Source: a virus. Taken from it: 64,000 nucleotides of DNA. Shown here piece after piece: positions 43,701 through 52,856 of the stretch (its first letter is position 1; every line of letters starts with the position of its first letter). Position numbers and translations under genes: made by a program. The stretch is from IMG/VR virus record IMGVR_UViG_3300017766_005733, positions 67,626 to 131,625 of that record. One strand, given 5' to 3'. Under the pieces are notes generated by a model. That model searched no databases, had not been told where the DNA came from, and was given only the letters and a program-made list of their open reading frames with translations.

Positions 43701-46364
43701 CTCGCCGACAACAAACTTATTCCAAGACCTCTGAGAGAGGGCAGAGACAGCTGCATTGATGGTCGTTGACGACGTGCTCTCTGCGGTGGTCGTGCGGTAG
43801 GTGAAGTCGGTGGTGCCGATCTCCGTGTTACCCGCGACAACTGACGCAAGGTGGCCTACCAGATTCTGGACGGCGGCTGTCGTTTCGCTGAAGCCAAAGG
43901 CGATCGCCGGCGTATCCTGCGCCACCAAGGCAATGTCGCCCTCAAGGCCGAAGGCGTTGGTCTTGACTCGCGCCTGCGTGGTGCGATAGGTGGAGGCCGT
44001 GGCGCCCACGATCTGGTTGTTGACGGTCGTCGCCAGCGACGACGCGGTGTAGGTACCGGCGGCGATTTGGATGTTCTGCGGCTCTCGGCTGGAGCGAATG
44101 ACGCGCAGGTCGCCGTTGGCGAACGTAAAGGACGCGGCATCAGCAATGCCAGTAGCGATGGTGTCAAAAGCCAGCGTGGCGCCGGCCGACAAAACCGTGG
44201 CTACTCGCCAGACCCCACGCAGGCCGGCGTTGACGGCCGTATCCCAGATCACCAGCCAGTCGCCGGACGCGACGTTGGCGAAGGGCGTGCCCGATGCCGC
44301 AGTCAGATGCCAACGCTCGCCCCATCCGCCGCTGCTGGGGTTGGTCAAGCCATAGCTGGTGACCGTATCCACGGACGTCGTGACGCGGCTGGCGTCGCCA
44401 TCAACAACGAACCACATGTTGGCCGTCGACGTCGTGACGATGGAAGTGAAGGCGGCGGTCTGGACGAAGGCGCGGGTGTTGAAGCTGCCAACGGAAAGGG
44501 AATCACCGGCGGCCAGCGGCGTCGCCAGACGCAGTTCGCCGGTGTTGCGATTCAGGGTGTAGTCGGCGTTGCGGCCCGTGACCGTCTCAATCGCCCAGAC
44601 GCCCTTGGACGTCAGGGTGCCGCCACTGATGGCGATGCTGGCGCGGCTGCTGCGATCGGAGTTCGACGTCATCTGAATCGTCTGACCGACGGCCGTTGCC
44701 GTGATGCCGGGGATCGTGTAGTTCAACACCTGAACCCACGCCCCGACACTGTTTTGGCCAAACGTCGAGAAGCTGGTTCCGGCGTTGACGAAGCTGGCGG
44801 CGTTGAAGGTGTAGGTGACCGCCGGCGTACCATCAACGGACAGGATCAGAGTCTCCGAGATCGGGTCAAAAGTCGCCCAGTTGCCCTTGGAGGCACTGAC
44901 GACGGAGGCTCCCAAGCCATCCTTGCTCAGGAGGACGTCGTTCTTGTAGAGGCGGATGGTTTCGATGCGCGTCGTGCCGAAGCCCAGTGCTCCGTTGGCG
45001 TCAGTGCCCACGCTCGCCGTCAGGACCTGAATGTCCTCGTTCGTATCGTCCTTGGCGAAGATGGCGACGCCCGTGCCGCCATTGGTCGTGCGAGCGGAGA
45101 ACGGCAACAGCGGATTGCCGTTGATCGAAGACGCAACTTCGTAGGCCGTGGCCGAGAGGAAGTTCCTGAAGCCCTGAGGATCGAAGTAGTGGTCGTATTC
45201 GACGCCGCCAACGGAAACCGCCAAGTGGCTGTCGTTGGTCAGGGCATAGGGCGCCGTGTTCTGCGTCGCCACATAGGCCTTGGAGACGGGGCGAATGCTC
45301 AGCTGGAAGAACTCCTCGCCGCCAGTGGCCGAGTCCATGAGCGGCTCGATGGACACGGGTGAATCGGTTTCCTCAAAGCCCGTGCCGTCGTCGATGTAGA
45401 GCGTCGTCGGCCGGTTTTCGCGACGCACGACGGCGGCGGAGATCACGCTCTTGCTGTCTTCATCGCTGGAGACGCCGACGGCCGCCGTCTGGATGGCCAA
45501 GTCGGTGCCGCGGCTGCGGGTGGCGCGTGACAGCTTGATGCGGTCGCGGTAGTCGTTGTCGGTCTCCGTGTCGCGGCCCGAGATGAAGGCCGAGGGGTTG
45601 GTCACGGCGACGCCGACGAAGGGCGTCGTGGAGACGGCGCTGACGGCGCCTGCGGCGACGTTGCCGGCGGTTCCCGGCACAAGACACGCCACAAACACGC
45701 CCTCAACGAAGGTCTCGCCATCGGGGATGACGGCACCGAAGACGGTCGAGAAGGAAACGGGCTGGTTCGTCAGGCCACGGATGGTTGAAACCTGCGTGGC
45801 CGCGGGGATCTGTCGATCTCCGCCCTGCGCCAAGACCACCCCTTCGTTCTGCTGATGAAAGCGCGTGGTGGCGGTGCTCAGCGTCATCGTCCAGAAGCTG
45901 CCGCTGTCGACGAGGCTGGTGTAGGCGATCGGACCCTCGTAGTTGTTGGTGCCGCGACCGAGGTAGATGGAGCCCGTAGCCGGAAGATCGGTGCCGTCGC
46001 TGAGGTAGATGGTGGTGGCGCCGGCGGCGGGAGCCGGTTTGGCCGCTGAAAGGCGCGTCGCCTTCTTGGTGAAGCTGGTGTCGCTGAAGGTCACGAGCCC
46101 GGTGGCCGCCTGCTGGCTGCGGCGAGCCACGTTCTCGCTGGCGCCAATGCGGTCAAGGGTCTGGCCGGCGCTGCGCTCCAAGCTGACCGAGTTCAGGGCC
46201 GCGAAGACATCCTGCGTAGACCGCAGGTCGCTCTGGGCCGCGGCCTCAAGGATCGACAGGATCGGCGAAGCCGGCTTCAGGCGCGGGATGCGCTTGCGGG
46301 CAAGAAAGCCAGCGACCATGTCGCCCAAGATCGCATTATAGGAACGTGCCTGAGGCTGTGCCAT
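40722..46364 (-). CDS. Very large baseplate J-like wedge protein (1880 aa)
   Basis: AGQTLDRIG, PGTAGNVAAGAV, VTNPSAFISGRDTETDNDYRDRI...SRGT; C-terminal gpJ motifs VAAGTNV and INSFGVGKPV. Confidence 0.88.
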   Translation of the reverse strand: MAQPQARSYNAILGDMVAGFLARKRIPRLKPASPILSILEAAAQSDLRSTQDVFAALNSVSLERSAGQTLDRIGASENVARRSQQAATGLVTFSDTSFTKKATRLSAAKPAPAAGATTIYLSDGTDLPATGSIYLGRGTNNYEGPIAYTSLVDSGSFWTMTLSTATTRFHQQNEGVVLAQGGDRQIPAATQVSTIRGLTNQPVSFSTVFGAVIPDGETFVEGVFVACLVPGTAGNVAAGAVSAVSTTPFVGVAVTNPSAFISGRDTETDNDYRDRIKLSRATRSRGTDLAIQTAAVGVSSDEDSKSVISAAVVRRENRPTTLYIDDGTGFEETDSPVSIEPLMDSATGGEEFFQLSIRPVSKAYVATQNTAPYALTNDSHLAVSVGGVEYDHYFDPQGFRNFLSATAYEVASSINGNPLLPFSARTTNGGTGVAIFAKDDTNEDIQVLTASVGTDANGALGFGTTRIETIRLYKNDVLLSKDGLGASVVSASKGNWATFDPISETLILSVDGTPAVTYTFNAASFVNAGTSFSTFGQNSVGAWVQVLNYTIPGITATAVGQTIQMTSNSDRSSRASIAISGGTLTSKGVWAIETVTGRNADYTLNRNTGELRLATPLAAGDSLSVGSFNTRAFVQTAAFTSIVTTSTANMWFVVDGDASRVTTSVDTVTSYGLTNPSSGGWGERWHLTAASGTPFANVASGDWLVIWDTAVNAGLRGVWRVATVLSAGATLAFDTIATGIADAASFTFANGDLRVIRSSREPQNIQIAAGTYTASSLATTVNNQIVGATASTYRTTQARVKTNAFGLEGDIALVAQDTPAIAFGFSETTAAVQNLVGHLASVVAGNTEIGTTDFTYRTTTAESTSSTTINAAVSALSQRSWNKFVVGEKATNDAGTTVRWGNNSDYYSLVASIATPGDVVLTLRDAAPRFWANTDSFYLANAYAIGPNDTLTTIVDRDTDNKRFVVPMYRRLTPTTATYGSSNDFLDADNGSQSLTGAFGLGYSFNDFVAYMRSRLLTHSADATKRILWRWKRYGADGDRARLRYAYPTAASQSLQVSVDNQPTPSNLEDYNLVSVLLPSGAARSDATFLPREATRMGYGLSVVGGRNVITVACGFPVSSASRTTTDVTLTLDLTMGLYNLTNHGLVAGNVIYLASSSGSFSPGAKLITSVTPTTIVYAEAGTAAGPIASIGSISTDSVERRLNTGSVAVGDVIRLGTSTAIPSGWRGRSIRINNLGDRYIQGYADTDTDLGSTSTTLAYSILSSPTNISIFPINSGSATATAIAASVNALGDGCPVTATVTGTGAGTVLLSSRDEAATADELVEYAALSDGINWVQTTTSPGTLAGNYTLAFKAPIAASLVANSDWLNEEVRVVPTTATTITAWLNTLGVCGLSRVADVSVANDGRAPQIASVTPGSSGSVQVQGGSANASSASIVGSLNVFGTLNNHAIISIPADQSAGFTAGTMAMVANSADPSVSLSSSLVLSSNDVNGNLAFSAGTLYSAGVVNTSVSSNVQVKRQGRYVMITNLPTISGTARMIYIGQPGTDPVSLANTGTFRIIAMSDAVLSGGKYTVWIENPNAVEEDGKRVSVIFINNGPMAGDYLSISGDEWGAENKGLWRIESVGTSSAYVGTGLKLDTSSRPWVVQSTPAAALGAASSKFRVIPSSTIKCVARMNSISPNASNASLVDVRFSLWHDTGLGGSYSYYLPGDYEISDVYGAVLTSLDKLAFGTDIVPGVDGYRYNTGLLGEVNRVIMGDPRDPTSYPGVVAAGTNVNISGPLVKRIQVALAIRLRLGVLPQSAISYVRSAVAATINSFGVGKPVVISNLVAAAASINGVTAVSIVSPTYNSDNDLITVQPYEKPLVLNAEQDITVSIVGD

Positions 46365-46456
46365 GATCTACACTCTTGGAGGGAGATGGGGGACCAGCCG
46401 CGGCCAGCCCGAGCCAAAAGATTCTCCTGACGCTACACCCAACGATAGCCTTGGGG

Positions 46457-49081
46457 TCACCGAACGACGTCAAAAGACACGGGAATCAGCTGCTCGACGC
46501 CCTTGACGCCGACGTGAATGATCTGCCGCGCCACGGGCCCTGATTTCTGTACGGCAGCGAACTCGACGCGCGAGAAGTCGCCATCTTGCGCCAGCAGGTC
46601 TCGGGTCGCCGTCAACAGCTGTTCGGCATCCAAGTCAGCGGTACTGATGCCCACCGGGATCTGAATGCCAACACTCGGGTGCTGCAGCAGGCTGCCGCGG
46701 GGCGTGGAGACCAGAATCCGCAGGCGCTGCAAGATGTTGTTGAGACCCACGGACCAAGGCGTGTCGCCATCTGGCGTCACGATCAGGTCATTGGAAGACG
46801 TCAGGCCCAGATCGATACCGCCGGTATCCAACAGCACTTGGAAGCTGGGGACGCCCGGAACGTCACGATTGATGAGATCGGGATCCACCGACTTGGGGCT
46901 GGGGATGAAAAGCTGCTGGTTGCTATTGACGGTGTCAGGCAGATATGCGTGAATGTAGGCACTGGAGGAGGTAGTGTACACCGCCAAGTCACCATCGCCA
47001 TCAACAATCACATAATAGAAGCCGTTTGCGATCTTTTCGATGGACGTGATGCGGCGCGAAGTCCTCGTCACCGTGCGGCTGCCGATCTTGATCATCTGGC
47101 CGATGTGCAGGTTGCTGACATCGCCGACGGCCAGCGTGTTGCCATTGGCGTTCACGAGCAGGGGCAACTCAAATCCCGTCTCGTCGACGTAGGGGGCGCG
47201 GAGGCCGTTGAGAACCGCGATCTCGTGCCATCGGTTGGCGCTTCCGAGGTACTGCAGGGCCAACTGCTCAAGGCTGCCGCCGTAGGGGAAGGGGACGGCA
47301 AACTTCGATACCGGCTTCTGGAAGGCGATGCCGGAGCCACGAGCAAGACCCGCGACATACTCGATGGCGCTGTTCGTGCCGCTGGTCGACTCATCCCGCA
47401 GCAGCAGGCGATCGATGGTCATGATCGCCGAGTTCATGGCCCACAACACCTCAAAGTCGGCCTCTGTCGCCTCTCGGATCTGGGGGCGCGGGACTCGGCC
47501 TGAGGTCTCGTCAAACGTCGTCGATCCCTGACCGATGGCGTCCGCGAAGTCTTCCATGACGCTGCGGATCGAGGCCTGACGCTCCAAGAAGTCGTTGCGA
47601 CCGAAGGCGCGAACGCGACTGATTTCATCCGCGACCTGCCGACCGACGTTGGGCGTGAAGTTGACGCGCCGTGCGTTGATGGCGCTGAAGGCGGCGTGTG
47701 CCGACAAGGGGTTGTCAAAAATGGCCTGAATCGCCAGCGGGCTACGAGAATCGTTGCGGGTTGACTCAAAGGTCTTGGTGCCGCCAGCGGTCACAGCCTG
47801 CGTTACGTCGGCAGCGGTAGTAACAACGGAAGATCCCTTGTTCTTGCCCAAAGGATCGAGCCAAGTATTGCCGATTGCGCTTCCTGCCTCAGTCCAAGCA
47901 TTGCTGACGTTTGACCCAGCGTTTTGTAGCGCCTGCCCTGCAGTGTCGAGGCTGTTGGCGAAGCCAGAGATGAAACCGACAATAGACCCTTGCGAGTCTT
48001 TGATGATATTCGCCGGAAGATCGGCCATCGTCACAGCCAACCCCGAAGCCTCTTTTGCCATCAAGGCGATTTCACGCAAAGGGCTGAAGAGGGTGTTGTT
48101 GACGTCGCTGCGAACGGCAAAAAGCAGGTTTTTGCTCTTGACCAGTACGTCACGAGCCAAAGACAGCGATTCGGCGGCGATTCCAGCCCGTCCCAAGCCA
48201 CCGGTATTGATCTCGATTGGATGGATGGGCTGGGCTGGCTCATCAAGCCGGATTCGCCGCCACGCCTTAGCAGAGATACGATAGTTGTAGCGGAGGGGCG
48301 AGGATGCCGATCGCTGCACCTCAAAGGACTGAGGGGTGATGAGATAGACCGACTGATCCTTCCACATCGCCAGCGCCAGCCGCAGATCGCGTCCTTCTGC
48401 CGTCATTTTGATGCGCGCGTAGCGCTCAAAGAACTGCTGCAGTAGCCTCAACTGGTAGTAACCGCTGCCGCGACTGATGCTCCCCACCTCATCATCGCCA
48501 AACTCCTCCTTCGTCATCAAGTTGGCTTGCGGAATCAGTCGCGTAGCCGTCTCGGCAAGAGCCAATGCAGAGAGGACGGTGCCACCGGCCAAGGCCAGCG
48601 CCTCTGGATTCAAGGCATTCGGGCGCCCCGAGGATGCTGAAGGACGCATAGGCACCACACCCGTGGTGCCCGAGATGTTGATGAGACGAAAAGGAGCACC
48701 GCCATGCTCCTCGACGATGCCCTCTAGCGTCGCTCGCACTTCAGACGCGAAGGGAGTGCTGATGGTCAGTGACTCAGGGGGAACGGGAAGGGTGAAAGAC
48801 CACTTGGGGGCATTGATGCCGCCCACGACCGTGTTGTATTGTCCGTTTTTGTACTCGACTACAATCAACTGATATGGATACAGTTTGTTCCAACGAACTG
48901 GGTCGATTTTGTTGGATGCTTCGTCTTTGAACTCCCATGCCGGGTCGATAGCTGACTGCAGAGCCGGCACAAAGTTGTCGCGAGACGCCAGAACGGCCAT
49001 GCTGGAGATGGCTGATGGTCCCTGAGTCGCAGCGGCGATCGCTGCGGAACCTGATGTAGCTGACTCAACTACGCTTACCAT
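46457..49081 (-). CDS. Baseplate protein: tube-initiator-like, LysM and gp25-like fusion
   Basis: FTLPVPPESLTI N-domain; GSLEQLALQYLGSANRWHEIAVLN (LysM); GLNNILQRLRI..STPRGSLLQHPSVG (gp25/gpW). Start probably ATG 49081. Confidence 0.78.
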   Translation of the reverse strand: MVSVVESATSGSAAIAAATQGPSAISSMAVLASRDNFVPALQSAIDPAWEFKDEASNKIDPVRWNKLYPYQLIVVEYKNGQYNTVVGGINAPKWSFTLPVPPESLTISTPFASEVRATLEGIVEEHGGAPFRLINISGTTGVVPMRPSASSGRPNALNPEALALAGGTVLSALALAETATRLIPQANLMTKEEFGDDEVGSISRGSGYYQLRLLQQFFERYARIKMTAEGRDLRLALAMWKDQSVYLITPQSFEVQRSASSPLRYNYRISAKAWRRIRLDEPAQPIHPIEINTGGLGRAGIAAESLSLARDVLVKSKNLLFAVRSDVNNTLFSPLREIALMAKEASGLAVTMADLPANIIKDSQGSIVGFISGFANSLDTAGQALQNAGSNVSNAWTEAGSAIGNTWLDPLGKNKGSSVVTTAADVTQAVTAGGTKTFESTRNDSRSPLAIQAIFDNPLSAHAAFSAINARRVNFTPNVGRQVADEISRVRAFGRNDFLERQASIRSVMEDFADAIGQGSTTFDETSGRVPRPQIREATEADFEVLWAMNSAIMTIDRLLLRDESTSGTNSAIEYVAGLARGSGIAFQKPVSKFAVPFPYGGSLEQLALQYLGSANRWHEIAVLNGLRAPYVDETGFELPLLVNANGNTLAVGDVSNLHIGQMIKIGSRTVTRTSRRITSIEKIANGFYYVIVDGDGDLAVYTTSSSAYIHAYLPDTVNSNQQLFIPSPKSVDPDLINRDVPGVPSFQVLLDTGGIDLGLTSSNDLIVTPDGDTPWSVGLNNILQRLRILVSTPRGSLLQHPSVGIQIPVGISTADLDAEQLLTATRDLLAQDGDFSRVEFAAVQKSGPVARQIIHVGVKGVEQLIPVSFDVVR

Positions 49082-49176
49082 GAGCACAACCTGTATGGGA
49101 GAAAGAACGAGCGTCCGCATCGCCAGAGACGCGACGGAAAGATTGCCTTTACGGCCCAGCATCCCAAGGAACACCT

Positions 49177-49713
49177 ATGCCTAATCTCCGACGATTCCTT
49201 GTTGTGACCTTCATTTTTGTCTTGACGCTGTTGCCGCCACGGTGTGTGTATTGGGGCGTGGACATCTACGACTGTAGCCTTGGTCTGGACGACATCGATG
49301 CGGTACTGGCGGCCGCCGGCGAGAAGTGGCCAGAGGCCAAGCACATCGCCCAGCGTCTCGACATCATGTGCGAGCCGCCGGGGGTGCAGGGCATCGCGAA
49401 CTTCAACAGCTGCCAGCAAGAGGTGCTGGCCTGCAGCTGGCGTCTGGGCTCCGACAGCCAACGGGCGGGCATCAAGATCGTCAACGACGTTCCCGTCGAC
49501 GTCTTGCTGGGCCACGAGATACTACACCTCGTGGCTTGGGACCGCGGCTTTATCGATGGCTGCTACGACCACACCCCAGACTGCTGGGACTGGGCGGCAG
49601 TCGAAGAACTGCAGCAGCTGGCCATGGATCCCGGTGATTGCGTGCGAGGAGAGTGTGTATGTGTGGCCGAGGATGGATCCAAGGATTTTGCGAGCGAATG
49701 CTCATCTCCCTGA
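49177..49713 (+). CDS. Exported Cys-rich HExxH zinc metalloprotease-like protein
   Basis: N-terminal hydrophobic segment; LLGHEILH. Confidence 0.65.
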   Translation: MPNLRRFLVVTFIFVLTLLPPRCVYWGVDIYDCSLGLDDIDAVLAAAGEKWPEAKHIAQRLDIMCEPPGVQGIANFNSCQQEVLACSWRLGSDSQRAGIKIVNDVPVDVLLGHEILHLVAWDRGFIDGCYDHTPDCWDWAAVEELQQLAMDPGDCVRGECVCVAEDGSKDFASECSSP

Positions 49714-49805
49714 TCACGCCGCCGATGCTGCTGGTGTTGGCGGGCGTGATCTGTGTCAGGAGGCTGCAGAAAGCAATCTTCAGGTAACAACAACGGGGAT
49801 ATATT

Positions 49806-49997
49806 ATGGAAGATTTGCGCTTCATCATCGCTTCGGTGACGCTCGTCCTGTTCCTCGTCTCCTTTGGTCTGGCGGGGCTGGAAAGGCGCTGGCAGCGCCT
49901 GACGCCGTTTCGTGAGGTCTGCGACGCAGCCGTCGGCATCGGCGCCTTCATCGTCGCCGGTCTCTGGATCGTGGCGTTTCTGCTTGACGGAAACTGA
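49806..49997 (+). CDS. Small two-TM membrane protein (holin candidate)
   Basis: Two hydrophobic helices; AATCTT motif at 49775. Confidence 0.55.
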   Translation: MEDLRFIIASVTLVLFLVSFGLAGLERRWQRLTPFREVCDAAVGIGAFIVAGLWIVAFLLDGN

Positions 49998-50019
49998 GCC
50001 GGCGACCTAGCATGGGTCC

Positions 50020-50529
50020 ATGGAGGATGCCATGGATCAAAACTGGCCACGGTTTCAGATCAACGACGCCGTAGTCTGCGTCCAGCCCTGTGAGGGGCTG
50101 AAGTACGGTCACATCTACAACGTGGTGTGTCGCAACAGCCACAACGAAGTGGGCGTAGACGCCCCAAACACCGGCTGGATCTCCGCCCATCGCTTCATTC
50201 TGCGAAGCGAGGTCGACGACTTCGGACTGCTGGCTTCTGAGGCCGCGAAGTCTGAGGCCGAGTCTCAGGGCTTCTACACGCCAGAGACCCAGAAGCTGTT
50301 TCAGCAGCTGAAGGCGAGCAGAGAAAGAGTCCAACAGCTGTTGGAGAAAAACAACCAGTATCTGGAGGACGCTCGCAAGGCACGACGCGAGACCGAGACA
50401 TTGCGCCTGACGTTGGCGGCCGTTGAGGGTCAACGTGACCATCTTGCGGCAGTGATCGCCGTTGCCGCCTCTGGCAACCTCAAAGAGACGTTGGCGCGGC
50501 TGACGTCTGACCTCAAGGAGACAGAGTGA
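50020..50529 (+). CDS. Hypothetical protein (SH3-like N-terminus, coiled coil)
   Basis: ORF with GGAGG near the start. Confidence 0.7.
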   Translation: MEDAMDQNWPRFQINDAVVCVQPCEGLKYGHIYNVVCRNSHNEVGVDAPNTGWISAHRFILRSEVDDFGLLASEAAKSEAESQGFYTPETQKLFQQLKASRERVQQLLEKNNQYLEDARKARRETETLRLTLAAVEGQRDHLAAVIAVAASGNLKETLARLTSDLKETE

Positions 50530-50915
50530 AAGTCAATCGAAAAGCCATTCTCGAAACCATCTCGGTGCTGGAGACCGACATCCTCGTTGCCAAACTCGGT
50601 TGCCGGCGCCGCGGCCTTCAGCTGCTCAAGACACCACAAGAGGGCGTTCACTGGATCCTGCAGCAGAACCGTCGCCAACGCGACCTGCAGGACCTCAAGC
50701 AGGCCGTGCATCCCCTTTACGCCGTCCTCGCCCATACCCGTGGCCGCATTCACGCCATCGATGGCAACGAAGCCTTGAAGCCGCTCATGGACGCCGCCGC
50801 CCGCAAGCCCCTGCCCTTGGAGCAGCAGACCCCCGAGTTCCGACGGGCTTGGGAGGCGCAGGAGGCCTTCGTGCAGCCGGTCGTCGAGGCCTTCCCCGTC
50901 GAGACCTCGACCTAG
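50526..50915 (+). CDS. Hypothetical protein
   Basis: AAGGAG SD, GTGA overlap. Confidence 0.7.
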   Translation: MKVNRKAILETISVLETDILVAKLGCRRRGLQLLKTPQEGVHWILQQNRRQRDLQDLKQAVHPLYAVLAHTRGRIHAIDGNEALKPLMDAAARKPLPLEQQTPEFRRAWEAQEAFVQPVVEAFPVETST

Positions 50916-51400
50916 AGCCAAGTGATGGCTGGGCCACCGGCTGCGGGCACTGCGGTGCCCGTCTTGAAGTAGGTGTCGATCCACAGAGCCAAGATCGCAG
51001 CCTGCTGGCTGGATGAGGCGCCGGCGAGGCCAGAGGCCACGATGGTGGCCAGCGTCGGCGGCGTCACCGTCAACGGCAAGACCGGCGGCAAGGCCACGAA
51101 GGTTGGCAGCATGCCTGTAGCCAGCGACGTCGTGTAGGCCAACAGGGCGGCGTCGAAGATGAGGATAGCGGCACCCGGCGCCGACATCCCCAAGAGACCG
51201 GTCTGGAGCAGGCCCTTTGCGACCACCCCCGTCGACGACGGGGGTGTGATTCCAAGGCCGCTGCCGGTGTAGGCATCGATGGCATTGGCCCAAGCCGCCG
51301 CCGTGTCGACGTCGTTGTTTGGCCAGCCTTGGAAGCCGGCGTACTGCGGATCCATGAACTTCCGCAGTTCCGTTTCAAGCACCGATGCCAGCAAGGCCAT
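50912..51400 (-). CDS. Baseplate-associated protein downstream of the spike gene
   Basis: GGAGG SD; cotranscribed with the spike gene. Confidence 0.7.
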   Translation of the reverse strand: MALLASVLETELRKFMDPQYAGFQGWPNNDVDTAAAWANAIDAYTGSGLGITPPSSTGVVAKGLLQTGLLGMSAPGAAILIFDAALLAYTTSLATGMLPTFVALPPVLPLTVTPPTLATIVASGLAGASSSQQAAILALWIDTYFKTGTAVPAAGGPAITWL

Positions 51401-51402
51401 CT

Positions 51403-52446
51403 TCAGCCCTCCGGAATCGAGACTTTGGTGGAGTTGATGGCGCTATTCCACGACGGGGCGCCGATGGTGGGCGTCGGTGGTCCACTGGGCCCCACGCCCG
51501 TGGCGTGGATGTGGGCATCGAAGACATCCAGCTTCGTCTTCAGCTGCGTGTAGAGCGCCTGCAGTTCCTCAACGATCGCGACGTGTTTGGAGCCATCCCC
51601 TACCGTCATTCTGGTGTCGCCGTCTTTGCCGACGACGGCCAGCGTCGCGCCGTCTTGCAGCCTCACCGTCAACTCGCCGTCGTTCATCGTCAGCTGGAAC
51701 TTGGGCGTCTCGCCATCGGGGTCGAGGCCCGTGATCTCCAGTGAGGCGTTGGCGCGCACCGCGATCTTGTTGTTGGCGTGATCGAGGTGGATCGACTGCT
51801 GGCCGTCCTTGGTCTCCAGCTTGATCGAGCCGTCCTTGACGAACGTCATCTGGCTGCCGCTGGCTTCGGGGTCCGCGGAATCCAGCAGGCCACCAGCGGC
51901 GCCCGTGGCGCCCTGAAACGAAAGGGTGAACTGGCCGGCGGCGTCGATATTCATCGTCACGCCGTTGAAGCGACGGGTCCAGTGATGGCCCTCGGTCTTG
52001 TCCTGAACATCACCCTCGGTATGCGGCAGGCCGCCGACGATGATGCCCTGCTGGCTGCTGCCGTTCAGGCACAGGACCAACACCTGACTGCCGGTCTCCA
52101 GCTTCTGCCCCGCCTGCTTCTGCGTCGCGTCGTGCGCCATCGGGTCTTTGACGGCAACCCGCGGCGTCCACGTCTCATAGTCGGCGATGCCGCCAAACAA
52201 TGACGCAACGCGACAACGATGAATGATCGTCGCCGTGCGAATGCGGTTTCCGTGACTCTCGTATTCGATGACGACGTCGTACTCGGGGTATCGCTTGTTG
52301 GCGTTGGCATCCGAGTCCGGGTAGTGGACTCGCTGGACGCGACCGACGTAGAGAGAAGGGAAATCGATGTTGCTGCGCATCTTTGCGCCGCTATCCGATA
52401 CCAGACTGCTGGGGAGAATGGTCCCCTCAAACTCGTAGCGATTCAT
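51403..52446 (-). CDS. Baseplate central spike (gpV-like)
   Basis: OB-fold N-domain (GSQVLVLCLNG...GIIVGG), beta-helix, C-terminal HIH metal-binding tip (HIHATGVGPSGPP). Confidence 0.88.
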   Translation of the reverse strand: MNRYEFEGTILPSSLVSDSGAKMRSNIDFPSLYVGRVQRVHYPDSDANANKRYPEYDVVIEYESHGNRIRTATIIHRCRVASLFGGIADYETWTPRVAVKDPMAHDATQKQAGQKLETGSQVLVLCLNGSSQQGIIVGGLPHTEGDVQDKTEGHHWTRRFNGVTMNIDAAGQFTLSFQGATGAAGGLLDSADPEASGSQMTFVKDGSIKLETKDGQQSIHLDHANNKIAVRANASLEITGLDPDGETPKFQLTMNDGELTVRLQDGATLAVVGKDGDTRMTVGDGSKHVAIVEELQALYTQLKTKLDVFDAHIHATGVGPSGPPTPTIGAPSWNSAINSTKVSIPEG

Positions 52447-52496
52447 GAGAGTATGCCCCTTGACGGCTGGGCCGGGACTGTGCTACCAAGATTGCA

Positions 52497-52856
52497 ATGA
52501 CCACAGAAATCTACCGTAGCACGTTCAATCGCTACATACGCGGTCGCCTGATGACGATCGCGCAGGCGCTGGGCGTCGAGTACGACGTCACGGAAGTCAA
52601 CGGCTACGTCAAGGCCTACTTTCCACAGCTGCAGGGCAAAAGAAGCGCCGTCACCGGCTGTTGGGTGGTCTTTCAGCCGCGCCTCAATCGCGGTCCCCAT
52701 ATCACGGACAAAGGCGTGGCCATCACCGTCAGGCTACCGGAGACCGTGCTGACACTCGATGAGGCCTCCGAGCAAAGCCAGCTTCTTGCCCGTCTCCACC
52801 CCCACCTCGCTGGCATCGAAGCCGACTACCAGAATCACTGTATCAAGGACGACTGA
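52497..52856 (+). CDS. Hypothetical protein
   Basis: ORF after TTGACG...TGTGCTAC. Confidence 0.7.
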   Translation: MTTEIYRSTFNRYIRGRLMTIAQALGVEYDVTEVNGYVKAYFPQLQGKRSAVTGCWVVFQPRLNRGPHITDKGVAITVRLPETVLTLDEASEQSQLLARLHPHLAGIEADYQNHCIKDD

